Origin: Candidatus Multivoradales bacterium
GTDB taxonomy: Bacteria; Acidobacteriota; Thermoanaerobaculia; Multivoradales; Multivoraceae
Reading direction: 5' to 3'
Assembly: GCA_965223325.1 (NCBI GenBank)
Contig: CBDCWI010000001.1
Location: 1,856,001-1,920,000, forward strand
Length of the DNA: 64,000 nt
The notes beneath the pieces are model-generated. The model had not been told where the DNA came from. It saw only the letters and a list, made by a program, of their open reading frames with translations, and did no database searches. A program made the position numbers and the translations under genes. Positions within the stretch are counted from its first letter, which is position 1; each line of letters opens with the position of its first letter. Below, piece by piece: positions 10,425 to 19,789 of the stretch.

Positions 10425-11765
10425 ATGCCGAAGTCCCCCGCCGAGACACCCAGGAAGTCAGAGGTCGCTCTCGACCGGCGCCAACTCATCGGCGGCACCG
10501 CCGCTCTGGCGGCAGGCGCCGCCCTCTCAGGCACCCAGGCGCGCTCGCGCGCCGTCGACCAGATCGGTGGGCGCGAGATCCGCGTCGCGCTGGTGGGCTG
10601 CGGCGGGCGTGGCACCGGCGCAGCAGCGCAAGCGCTCGCCACCGAGGGGCCCGTCAAGCTAGTGGCCATGGCCGACGCCTTCGAAGACCGCCTCGGGAAA
10701 AGCCTCGAGAACCTCCAGAAGGTCACCGGGGAGCGCCAACAAGCTCAGCGCCTCGACGTGCCGCCCGAGAATCGCTACGTGGGCTTCGACGCCTACCGGA
10801 AAGCGATCGACGCCGGCGCCGACATGGTGATTCTGGCGACGCCACCGGGATTCCGGCCCGAACATTTCGCCTACGCCATCGAGTCCGGCAAACACGTCTT
10901 CATGGAAAAACCGGTTGCCGTCGACGCACCTGGCATTCGTTCAGTCATGGAGACTGCGAAGCTGTCGAAGGAAAAGGGCCTCAAGGTCGGCGTTGGCCTG
11001 CAGCGCCATCACTACCCGCTGTACCAGGAGACCGTCGCACGCATTCACGACGGCGCTATCGGCGACGTCGTCGCACAGCGCGTGTATTGGAACTCCTCGG
11101 GCGTCTGGGTGCGACCGCGCGAACCCCAGCAGACCGAAATGGAATACCAGATGCGTAACTGGTACTACTTCAACTGGCTGTGTGGCGACCACATCGTCGA
11201 ACAACACATCCACAACCTGGACGTTGCCAACTGGGTCAAGAACGCTCACCCCGTCGAAGCCCAGGGGCAGGGCGGGCGCCAGGTGCGCAACGGTCTCGAC
11301 CACGGCGAGATCTTCGACCACCACATGGTCGAGTACACCTACGCCGACGGCTCCACCATGTCGAGCCAGTGCCGCCACATCCCGGGTTGCTGGGAACAGG
11401 TCGCCGAGTTCGCTCACGGCTCGAAGGGAAGCGCCGAGGTCGCAGCCGGCGTTCTTCACATGAAGGGCCGGGACACCTGGTACTTCGGCGAAGACGAGGA
11501 CGACCCCTACCAGCTCGAGCATGACCACCTGTTCGCCGCCATGCGCGAAGGCACCGAGTTCAACGAGGCCGAGCACGGCGCCATCGCCACCATGACCGCG
11601 ATCCTCGGGCGCATGGCGACCTACACCGGTAAGAAGATCACCTGGGACGAGGCCCTGGCTTCGACCGAGCGTCTGGCGCCCGAGCGCTACGCTTTCGACG
11701 CCAACCCGCCCTCGCTGCCGGATGAGGACGGCCGCTACGCGATCGCGGTGCCTGGCAAGAGCTGA
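10425..11765 (+). CDS. Tat-exported Gfo/Idh/MocA oxidoreductase
   Basis: AGGAG RBS then ATG 10425; twin-Arg DRRQLI; VGCGGRGTGAA, EKPVA, GDHIVEQHIHNLD. Confidence 0.93.
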   Translation: MPKSPAETPRKSEVALDRRQLIGGTAALAAGAALSGTQARSRAVDQIGGREIRVALVGCGGRGTGAAAQALATEGPVKLVAMADAFEDRLGKSLENLQKVTGERQQAQRLDVPPENRYVGFDAYRKAIDAGADMVILATPPGFRPEHFAYAIESGKHVFMEKPVAVDAPGIRSVMETAKLSKEKGLKVGVGLQRHHYPLYQETVARIHDGAIGDVVAQRVYWNSSGVWVRPREPQQTEMEYQMRNWYYFNWLCGDHIVEQHIHNLDVANWVKNAHPVEAQGQGGRQVRNGLDHGEIFDHHMVEYTYADGSTMSSQCRHIPGCWEQVAEFAHGSKGSAEVAAGVLHMKGRDTWYFGEDEDDPYQLEHDHLFAAMREGTEFNEAEHGAIATMTAILGRMATYTGKKITWDEALASTERLAPERYAFDANPPSLPDEDGRYAIAVPGKS

Positions 11766-11916
11766 GTTGGAATGACCCTCGGGGGGAATCGCTCGACCGA
11801 ATGGTGAAACCCTGGTGGCGGTCGGGAGGTAAGAACAGGAGCCCCCTTTCGGGGCGATCTCCCTACCACACCGTCTCCCAGGGTTCTGGCCAACCAGAGG
11901 ACGGGCCGAGGCTCCG

Positions 11917-13239
11917 ATGAACGACAGCGCGGCGCTCGCCGAACGACTGAATGAAGGCTGCCACTGTGTCTCGGTCGACCGTGTGGCCCTTCGGCAGGCA
12001 CTGGCCGAGCGGCTCCCGGCGGGGGTGGTTTCTCATGACCCCCAAGCAATTCTCCCAGGGCGGGACGCGCTCTTTTCCGACTCGCCGGTCTTTCTCGGTT
12101 CGTTCTGGCGCGATCGCATCAACCAGACGATTGAAGCGATCGCCACGCTCGTCGCCCATCCCGACTACCAGCGGCTGGCCCTCAACCGCGCTCCGCACTC
12201 CGCTCGGTTCGACCCTGGTACTTCGGGTGGTCTGCTCGGCTTCGACTTCCACCTCGCCGAAGACGGCCCCCAACTGATCGAGGTCAACACCAACCCCGGC
12301 GGAGCTCTCCTCGGCGTCTTGCAGGCCGACGCACAAGCTGCCTGCTGTAGCGAGGTCGCCGCCGCAACCACCGAGCGCCACGGGTTGGCCGAGCGCGAGC
12401 ACCAACTCGCCCGTGCGCTCCTCGGCGAAGCGAAGCCAGGGCAGACGGTCAAGACGGTCGCCATCGTTGATACCGACCCGACGTCGCAGTTTCTCTACCC
12501 TGAAATGCTGCTCTACCAACGCACCTTCGAGCGCCTCGGCCTCACCGCCCGTGTCGTCGGCCCGGAAGAAACAGTCTTCGACAACGGTCGGTTGCATTTC
12601 CGGGAAAGGGAACTCGGCCGAGACAAGGAACCTGGCCGAGATCGAGATCTCGGCACAGAGCCCATCGACCTGGTCTACAACCGGCTCACCGACTTCGGCC
12701 TTGTCGAACCAGCCCAGCAGCCGATTCTCGATGCCTACCTGAACGAGGCCATCGCGCTGACGCCCAATCCCCGCGACCACGCACTGTGGGCGGACAAGCG
12801 CAACCTGGTCGTCATTTCAGACCCGGAACTGCTCGCACGCATCGGAATCCCAGCGGCGGTTACCGCGACGCTGAGGCAACACGTTCCGCGGACCATCGAC
12901 GTCATGACGGCCGACCCTGAAGAGCTTTGGTCCGAACGCAAGCGCTGGTTCATGAAGCCCGTCGCCGGTTTCGGAAGCCGCGGCACCTACGATGGCGCAC
13001 GCATCACGCGCAAGACCTTCGCAAGGGTTTTAGAAGACGGCTACGTCGCCCAGCGGAAGGTGCCGCCCGGAGAGCGGGTCTTGCATGTCGACGGCGAGGA
13101 GCGCCGCCTCAAGGTCGACATTCGGGCACTCGCCTATCGTGGTGAGCTGCTGTGGCTCTCTGCCCGCCTCTACCGCGGTCAGACGACCAACATGCGAACC
13201 GAAGGCGGTGGGCTGGCGACCGTGTTCGTCGTCCCCTGA
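11917..13239 (+). CDS. Circularly permuted ATP-grasp / glutathionylspermidine-synthase-like ligase
   Basis: GFDFHL...LIEVNTN, DLVYNR, ADKRNL, KPVAGFGSRG, YVAQ, ARLYRGQTTN. Confidence 0.7.
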   Translation: MNDSAALAERLNEGCHCVSVDRVALRQALAERLPAGVVSHDPQAILPGRDALFSDSPVFLGSFWRDRINQTIEAIATLVAHPDYQRLALNRAPHSARFDPGTSGGLLGFDFHLAEDGPQLIEVNTNPGGALLGVLQADAQAACCSEVAAATTERHGLAEREHQLARALLGEAKPGQTVKTVAIVDTDPTSQFLYPEMLLYQRTFERLGLTARVVGPEETVFDNGRLHFRERELGRDKEPGRDRDLGTEPIDLVYNRLTDFGLVEPAQQPILDAYLNEAIALTPNPRDHALWADKRNLVVISDPELLARIGIPAAVTATLRQHVPRTIDVMTADPEELWSERKRWFMKPVAGFGSRGTYDGARITRKTFARVLEDGYVAQRKVPPGERVLHVDGEERRLKVDIRALAYRGELLWLSARLYRGQTTNMRTEGGGLATVFVVP

Positions 13240-13281
13240 GCTGGGGCACCCGAGCCCCGTCGACGTGGGCCCCTTGGGACC

Positions 13282-13857
13282 CTAGTCTGCGAGCTCGTCG
13301 ATCTCCACGACCACCCACAGCATGGGTGACGGGCCGTCGTCTGCGGGCCGCATCTGGGTCGTGATCATGGCGCGCTCGCCGAAGGCGGTGGCGATGGTGG
13401 GGGCCGAGAGGACTTCACCCTCTTTGGCGATCTCGAAGTAGACCCGAGCCAGAGGTTGGCCGTCGTCGGTCGTCATTCGGTCGACCTTCATCCGCACGTC
13501 GACCGACGTGCCCTGGACGATCGAACCCGCGGTGAGCTCGCCGCCAGTCGAGGCGAGATAGTCGGCCTGGGCGCGCATGGTGTGGATCGACTGCAGGCCG
13601 AAAAGGTTCGCGAGTTCCTCGTCGTCTCGCCGGAAGTCCCACTCGATCAGTTCGTCGACGACGTCTTCTCCCACCGGCGGTGGCGCCGTGAGGTTGCCAT
13701 CTCGATCACCGAGAAGGAGCGCCCAGCGCACGAGCAACCGCCCCTCTTCCTCGGAAGGACTGGCTTCCTGGGCCGTGATGAGTGTCATGGGTGCGAAGAC
13801 GAAAAGGGCAGCGGCAATCGCGGGCCCGCGTGAGACAAGAGGAAGGGAACGGATCAT
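13282..13857 (-). CDS. Exported hypothetical protein (third gene of the ECF operon)
   Basis: Signal peptide; ATGA overlap with the upstream gene; acidic mature part with VLSAPTIAT motif. Confidence 0.7.
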   Translation of the reverse strand: MIRSLPLVSRGPAIAAALFVFAPMTLITAQEASPSEEEGRLLVRWALLLGDRDGNLTAPPPVGEDVVDELIEWDFRRDDEELANLFGLQSIHTMRAQADYLASTGGELTAGSIVQGTSVDVRMKVDRMTTDDGQPLARVYFEIAKEGEVLSAPTIATAFGERAMITTQMRPADDGPSPMLWVVVEIDELAD

Positions 13858-14216
13858 CCTTGGGGTCTCTTTCCTGGTTCATTGGTCGGGCCACCGGCCA
13901 GCTGGTCGAGTGGCACGTAGAGTCGTGTTCCCGTCGAGAGCGGAACCATCAGCACCGTCGCCGGAACCTCGACAACAGCCTCCCGACCCGCCTGCTCTGT
14001 CGTCGGTGCTTCGAAGCGAGCCGGCCGGAGGAAGAGGGCAACGGCCGCGAGCGCAACGATCGCCAGAGCAGCGGCCAGCGCCAACAGAGGCCGCCGGCGC
14101 GGTGGTGGCCGCTCGGGCAACATGCTGGCGAGTCTCGAATCGACGGTGCGAGCGGGGCGTTTGACCCAGCGTTCGATTTCTCCGAGCGCGGGCTCGATGT
14201 CGGGCTGTTCTTTCAC
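13854..14216 (-). CDS. Single-TM putative anti-sigma factor
   Basis: 120 aa, RRRP followed by one TM helix; ATGA overlap with the ECF sigma stop. Confidence 0.65.
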   Translation of the reverse strand: MKEQPDIEPALGEIERWVKRPARTVDSRLASMLPERPPPRRRPLLALAAALAIVALAAVALFLRPARFEAPTTEQAGREAVVEVPATVLMVPLSTGTRLYVPLDQLAGGPTNEPGKRPQG

Positions 14217-14818
14217 AACGAAACTCGGCCTTTCCTCACCGCACCGTCCTGGGCATTCTCGACCCGAGCCGAGAGGCCTCGATCCTCAGCTACCAGGGCG
14301 CGCAATCGACGGAGGGCGCGCCAACGATGGACCCGAACCGTGGCGACACTCATCCCGAGGCTCCGAGCGGCCTCACGATCCGAGTGGCCTTCGATCTCAC
14401 AGACAACCAGCACCGCCCGCTGCCGCGGTGACAACAGGGCGAGCAACCGCGGCACATCGAGATGCGCCGAGCCGTGCGCCGATACCGCCCAGTCATGGTC
14501 TGCGAGTGGCATCTCGCGCTCGAACCGGTGGGCGCTGCGAAAACAGCGACGGGCGACGATCCGTCGTAGCCACGAAGGAAACGCCTGGGGGGAACGCAGC
14601 TGCTGAAGCTTCTGCCAGGCGTCGATGACGGCTTCTTGCACGACGTCTTCGGCGTCGGCCTCGCGGACCAGGACCGAGCGTGCCAGGGCCACCAGTGACG
14701 GCCACTGGGCTTCGACGAGCGCTGCGAACGCGTCGCGGTCACCAAGAGAGGCGCGCTCGACCAGCGCAGCGTCGTGCTGTTGGTTGTTTGGCGGGCGAGC
14801 ATCACTTTCCTCCTCCAC
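14213..14818 (-). CDS. ECF RNA polymerase sigma factor
   Basis: GDRDAFAALV, AEDVVQEA, FPSWLRRI, LSPRQRAVL, ATVRVHRWRA. GTG 14818 is a possible start; the ORF extends to 14884. Confidence 0.9.
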   Translation of the reverse strand: MEEESDARPPNNQQHDAALVERASLGDRDAFAALVEAQWPSLVALARSVLVREADAEDVVQEAVIDAWQKLQQLRSPQAFPSWLRRIVARRCFRSAHRFEREMPLADHDWAVSAHGSAHLDVPRLLALLSPRQRAVLVVCEIEGHSDREAARSLGMSVATVRVHRWRALRRLRALVAEDRGLSARVENAQDGAVRKGRVSL

Positions 14819-14900
14819 GACAGGAAGAGGCCCCAAAAGGGGGCAACCGTTTACAGCCGGCAGAGACAAATCAGAGGCCCTCACTCCCGCTCGCCAGGCG

Positions 14901-15854
14901 TCAGCTGAAGGCGTCGACCTCGCGATAGGCCTCGATCACTGCGCGCTCCCCTTCGCGCCCGGCACGCGAGTTGCCGTGCTCCATACCGACAACGCCAGCA
15001 AAGCCCTTCTGGTGCAAATGTCTGAAGACGTTCTTGTAGTTGATCTCGCCGGTCGTCGGCTCCTTGCGGCCGGGGTTGTCGCCGACCTGAATGTAGGCGA
15101 CCTCCGACCAGGCAGAGTCCAGGTTGGGGATCAAATGACCTTCGGTGATCTGCTGGTGGTAGAGATCATCGAGAATCTTCACTGACGGACTGTCGACCGC
15201 ACGACACACCATGTAGGCCTGAGGGATGCCGGTCAAGAACACGCCTGGATGGTTGACGCGGTGGTTGAGCGGCTCGAGCACCAGCACCAGCCCTGACGGT
15301 TCGCAGATCTCAGCCGCCCGCCGCAGGTTGTCGACCACGTTCGCAGTCTGGTACGCCATATGAAGCTTCGCATCGAGCCCGCCCGGCACCACCGTCGACC
15401 AGCGCGCGTTGACCCGCTTGGCGACTTCGACTGCGTTGCGGATGTCTTTCTCGATCGCCGGCCAGACATCGTCGTGATGACCTGCAAACGACACCTTGCC
15501 CCAGGACGTGTGGGCAACGAAGACCCCCATCGTCATATCGAGGCGTTGGAGGGTGGTGGCGATGCGCTTTTGTTCTTCGATGGGGCGCTCGCTCATGCCG
15601 TTGTCTTCGAGCGCCCGGAAGCCCTCGGCATGCATGAACTCGAGTTGGCCCACGAGGTCCTCGCCTGCGTGGTGGCGGAACATGCCGAAGTGGGGTGCAT
15701 AGTTGAGTTGGAAGGTCGAACCGGTAGGCGCTTTTTGGCCGATCGGTCGCGCTGCGGCGGGAGCCCCGGCAAGAGCAGCCGAGGCGGCACCGCCGAGCCC
15801 GAGCCCCAGCAGGCCACGCCGTGTCCACTCTACGGATTCTGTTGGTTGCGTCAT
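14901..15854 (-). CDS. Tat-exported hydroxypyruvate isomerase-family TIM barrel
   Basis: TRRGLL twin-Arg signal; LVLEPLN, DLYHQQITEG, DNPGRKEPTTGEINY, MEH. Confidence 0.9.
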   Translation of the reverse strand: MTQPTESVEWTRRGLLGLGLGGAASAALAGAPAAARPIGQKAPTGSTFQLNYAPHFGMFRHHAGEDLVGQLEFMHAEGFRALEDNGMSERPIEEQKRIATTLQRLDMTMGVFVAHTSWGKVSFAGHHDDVWPAIEKDIRNAVEVAKRVNARWSTVVPGGLDAKLHMAYQTANVVDNLRRAAEICEPSGLVLVLEPLNHRVNHPGVFLTGIPQAYMVCRAVDSPSVKILDDLYHQQITEGHLIPNLDSAWSEVAYIQVGDNPGRKEPTTGEINYKNVFRHLHQKGFAGVVGMEHGNSRAGREGERAVIEAYREVDAFS

Positions 15855-15952
15855 GATGGAAGCAGCTTACCGCCCGCGCGGGAACTCCCGTCACCCCCTG
15901 GGGGTCGTATGGGTAGCCATATGCCGTTCCAACGAGTGAGACCACGAGCGAA

Positions 15953-18900
15953 ATGACCCAGCGAGGACGCCCGAAGCGCCGAGCGACTGCACCCGGTCTC
16001 CTTCTGCTGCTTGCTGGGGTTTGTTGGTTCGCCGGAATCTCCAGCGCTCAACTCGAGCAGCCGTTCGTGATCAGGGGAAGCGTTCATGCGCCAGAGGGCA
16101 ACGGCATCACGACGCGCTCGCCCCTGGCGGCGCAGGTCGAACTGCACCGCGAGCGTCACCGTTGGCAGAAGCTTCGCGATGCCACGCTCACCTCGGCAGA
16201 ATCGCCGGCAGAACTGAGAGTCGAAACGGACGCAAACGGCGACTTCCGGCTACGCGTGCCCGACGGCGGGCCCTGGACGGTACGGGTCATCGCTCCTGGT
16301 CACCTGCCCATGCAGCACGCCGTCATGCCAACAACTGCGGTCGTCGATCTGCCACCCGTCTGGCCTCCCGCTGCAACCTCCGAGGAGCTTCTGGTGCTCG
16401 ACCCGCGTGGCAACCCGGTGCCGTGGTCCTGGATCGTCCAGAAAACGAGTCGCCTGCCACCGGCCCTCGAAGTCAGAGCGGCCATGGACGGCTGGCGCCC
16501 TGTACCGGTGGGCGGCTGGGCAGGTGAAGATGCACGGCTGTCGTTTCTGCGCACGCCTGCCCAAGAACTCGAACTATTGGCGATCAACCAATGGGGCCGC
16601 GAGCGCTTGACTATCGGTCCGGCGAGAGGTGAGATCGAACATGGCTCGTTACCCGACCCGTTCCAGGTCCGACTCGAGAGAGCGACCGAGTGGCAAGCCG
16701 CGGGCCACGAGAACGTCGAAACTTTCCTTCGGGTTGATGGGCGACCCATCGCGCGTTTCGAGAGTGGCTTGGAGCTCAACCTCTCCCCTGGGTCGCTGCT
16801 CGAGGTCGCTGCGAGCGACGGGACCTGCCAGTCACTTCCGCTCACCGAGTCCCTCTTGGCGACCGGCACGGTGGCGGTCTACCCGAGAGAGCCCCCGACG
16901 GTTAGCGGTCGCGTCGTCGACCTCGTGGGTCGCCCGCTACGTGCCCTCGTTCGACTCGCCAAGCTCGGGAGTGCATCGACCGGTGCCCTGGGCAGAAGCG
17001 GGGCGAACGGCGAGTTCCGCCTACGCCTGGACTGCGGGCCGGCGCCGGATGACACAGTGCTCGAAGCCTTTGCTCCTGGCCACCTGCCCCTGTCGAGGCC
17101 GGTTCCGCTACCGGAGGCCGAGGGAACACGTGCCGACACAGCGCGCACGGCCATCGATCTCGATGATCTCGAGCTCGAACCTGCAGTGCTCGTCCACGGG
17201 GTGGTACTCGATCCGCGCGGCGAGCCGGTTTCGGGCGTCGAGATCGAAGCGCGAGGGGCGTCCGGCATCGTGCTGGCGACGGACTTCTCCGGCACCTCGC
17301 GTGGCAGGGCCTTGCCACCCCCCCGGTCGCTCGCCGCGCAACAGTTGAGTCGGGTTCGAAGCGAAGGCGACGGTCGTTTCCTGTTCGCCGCTCTATCCCA
17401 CGGCGAGAGCTACCACCTCATCGCTCGACCAGCCGACCGACCGGAAGTGCAGGAAACCATCGAGACTCCAGCGACCGGCAGCCAGGGCGGCCCGGTGATC
17501 ATTCGCCTACGCGAGCCACGGCCGGTCCTTGGCCTGGTGATCGACGAAGCGGGTCAGCCGGTGGCCGGTGCCGCGGTCGAAGTGCTCGCCGCGGCCGCAC
17601 TCACCGGCCAACGTGCACAAGCCTCGCCGGTGGTTGCCACGACCGATTCTCGGGGTGGGTTCGAGATCGCCGATCTCGCTGCCGGGCAGTACCTTTTCAC
17701 CGTTCAGGGCGAAGGGTTCGCGCGCAGCGAGGAACTACGCCTGATCCCGGATCCCGATCCGCGCTTTCCCATGGAACCCGCAACGCTCGATCCGCTCGTT
17801 CTCTGGTGGCCACGACAGCTCACCTTCCTGGTAACCGACACGGACCAGCAAGGAATCGAGAACGCCCGAGCCCGTATGCTTCTCCTTCCCCGCGCTCCTG
17901 GCGACACGAGCCCGCTCTGGCGGCCCTGGGAGCTCGAGTCGTGGCCGGGTCTTTCAGACGGGGAAGGAATCCTCCGCCTGGGCGATCTCACACCCGGGGT
18001 GGTGGCAGCCGCTGAGGTGTCGGCTCCTGGATTCGTCACCCGCGAGATCGGGCGCTTCGAGATCTCACCGGCAAACGATCCCCCGGCAGTCAAGCGTGTC
18101 GTGCTCGAGCGTGCCGCCTCGATCAGCGGGCGAATCGAGGACAGCCGCGACCGGCCCCTCGGTGGCGCGCACGTGCAGGCGGTCGCGCTCGAGAGCCTCC
18201 ACCTGCCGCCCGACCTGATCGCCCGAAGCGCGCGCGACGGCAGTTTCACGATCGCCGGCGTGCCAGCCGGGCGCGTCCGGTTGATCGCCCGCGCCGTCGG
18301 CGAGGCACAGATCGAGCCGTATGACCTCGAGCTGGTGCCCGGCGAGGAACGTGGAGGCGTGGTCCTCCGTGTTCCCCAGAGTGCCGCAATCCGCGGCATC
18401 GTCACCTCTTCTGACGGTCCCGTCGTAGGCGCCACCGTCGCGGCGGGCGGCCAGCTCGAGCACACCAGGCACGATGGAACGTTTGTTCTCGAGCCGGTAC
18501 CGCTCGGTTTGAACCAACTCGAGATTCGGAGTGCCGGAATGAGATCACTGGCACGCTCCGTCGAGGTCACAGAAGAAGGCGCCTGGGCCGAGATCCGACT
18601 CGAGAACGAGCTGACCGTCGCTGGCCGAGTCGTCGATCACGAAGGCCGTGCAATCGACCGCGCCTGGGTTTCTCTCGAGTCTTCGAGCGGCGGTTTCTCG
18701 AGCGTTTATACCGACCGAGGCGGTGGCTTCTCGTTCCACGGTCTCGAACCCGGCAACTTGCGCCTCACTGCCCGGCAGCAGGTCCTAGGGCTTCTGCCAC
18801 GACGGCCGCAGGACGTCGATGCCGACCGCGAGATCGCTTCCCTGGCAGCCGCGGAGCGCGAGTTCGCGATCGAAGATCAATCGTTGCTCGACCTCGAGCT

Positions 18901-19777
18901 CGTTTTGCAACCGGCAGCGTCGATCCGCGGCCGTATCGCCAACGTCCTGGAGGACCGCGTCTTCCAGCTGAAGGTCACGGCAGAGAGAAACGGCAGCACA
19001 GACGAGAACGAGAGGGCGACGCTTCGCGAAGGGGCCTTGCCAGCAGCGATCAGCTGGCCACGCGGCCCGAGGGATGCGAGCCGCGAACTGATCGACGCGA
19101 CGTACCTGATCGCGGGCGTTTCGGCGGGGAGTTGGAAGGTCACCGTCTTTCTCGGCGCTCGTTCCGCCATCAGTAGATCGATCGAGGTGCCAACGACCGG
19201 CACCGTCGACCTGGACTTCGAGCTCGAAGACCTGGGGGGTGTTTCGGCCTTCGGACAGTTGACCGTCGATGGAAGGCCGCAGGAAGGCATCGCCCTCGTG
19301 CTCATGAGCATGGACGTGGGCGGAGCCGCTGCGTACGGCAACACCGGTCTCGAGGGCGAGTTCGAGCTGCAGCCGGTCGAGCCCGGCAACTACGCCCTCG
19401 GGGTCGCCGTCGGTGCCAACGCGGTGAGCTGGCAGGAACCCTTCGCACTCACCCGCGACACCGAGATCCGTCTCGAACTCGAGCGCTTTCGGCTCGCCGG
19501 GCGCGTCGTGGACGGCCAGACTGGCGACCCGGTCGGCGGTGCTCTGCTCTATCTCGAACGAAACAGAGGCGCAGGTCGAAGCCAAACGCTTGGTTACCGA
19601 GGGCGACGGAGCGCACAGACGCTTCCCGACGGCACGTTTCGTGTCGAGATCTTGACCGATGTCCCGCCCGATGTCATACGAGTCGAGCACCCTCTTTATC
19701 GAACCGAGCTCTTGACACGCCCTGCAAGTGACGGTGCCGGAATCACCCTCGCGCTCGATCCCATCAAAGAGCGCTAG
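15953..19777 (+). CDS. Large secreted protein with tandem carboxypeptidase-regulatory-like (beta-sandwich) domains
   Basis: Signal peptide; repeated GRVVD..G.P..GA.V and TD..G.F...L..G.Y motifs throughout 1274 aa. Confidence 0.85.
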   Translation: MTQRGRPKRRATAPGLLLLLAGVCWFAGISSAQLEQPFVIRGSVHAPEGNGITTRSPLAAQVELHRERHRWQKLRDATLTSAESPAELRVETDANGDFRLRVPDGGPWTVRVIAPGHLPMQHAVMPTTAVVDLPPVWPPAATSEELLVLDPRGNPVPWSWIVQKTSRLPPALEVRAAMDGWRPVPVGGWAGEDARLSFLRTPAQELELLAINQWGRERLTIGPARGEIEHGSLPDPFQVRLERATEWQAAGHENVETFLRVDGRPIARFESGLELNLSPGSLLEVAASDGTCQSLPLTESLLATGTVAVYPREPPTVSGRVVDLVGRPLRALVRLAKLGSASTGALGRSGANGEFRLRLDCGPAPDDTVLEAFAPGHLPLSRPVPLPEAEGTRADTARTAIDLDDLELEPAVLVHGVVLDPRGEPVSGVEIEARGASGIVLATDFSGTSRGRALPPPRSLAAQQLSRVRSEGDGRFLFAALSHGESYHLIARPADRPEVQETIETPATGSQGGPVIIRLREPRPVLGLVIDEAGQPVAGAAVEVLAAAALTGQRAQASPVVATTDSRGGFEIADLAAGQYLFTVQGEGFARSEELRLIPDPDPRFPMEPATLDPLVLWWPRQLTFLVTDTDQQGIENARARMLLLPRAPGDTSPLWRPWELESWPGLSDGEGILRLGDLTPGVVAAAEVSAPGFVTREIGRFEISPANDPPAVKRVVLERAASISGRIEDSRDRPLGGAHVQAVALESLHLPPDLIARSARDGSFTIAGVPAGRVRLIARAVGEAQIEPYDLELVPGEERGGVVLRVPQSAAIRGIVTSSDGPVVGATVAAGGQLEHTRHDGTFVLEPVPLGLNQLEIRSAGMRSLARSVEVTEEGAWAEIRLENELTVAGRVVDHEGRAIDRAWVSLESSSGGFSSVYTDRGGGFSFHGLEPGNLRLTARQQVLGLLPRRPQDVDADREIASLAAAEREFAIEDQSLLDLELVLQPAASIRGRIANVLEDRVFQLKVTAERNGSTDENERATLREGALPAAISWPRGPRDASRELIDATYLIAGVSAGSWKVTVFLGARSAISRSIEVPTTGTVDLDFELEDLGGVSAFGQLTVDGRPQEGIALVLMSMDVGGAAAYGNTGLEGEFELQPVEPGNYALGVAVGANAVSWQEPFALTRDTEIRLELERFRLAGRVVDGQTGDPVGGALLYLERNRGAGRSQTLGYRGRRSAQTLPDGTFRVEILTDVPPDVIRVEHPLYRTELLTRPASDGAGITLALDPIKER

Positions 19778-19789
19778 AGATCTGAACGT

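Noticed and set aside
11779-11788. TCGGGGGGA as a copy of the transposase-flanking repeat
   Set aside because: Only 9 nt match, and the TCGGGGGG core also occurs in coding DNA (48301); compatible with chance at this GC content.
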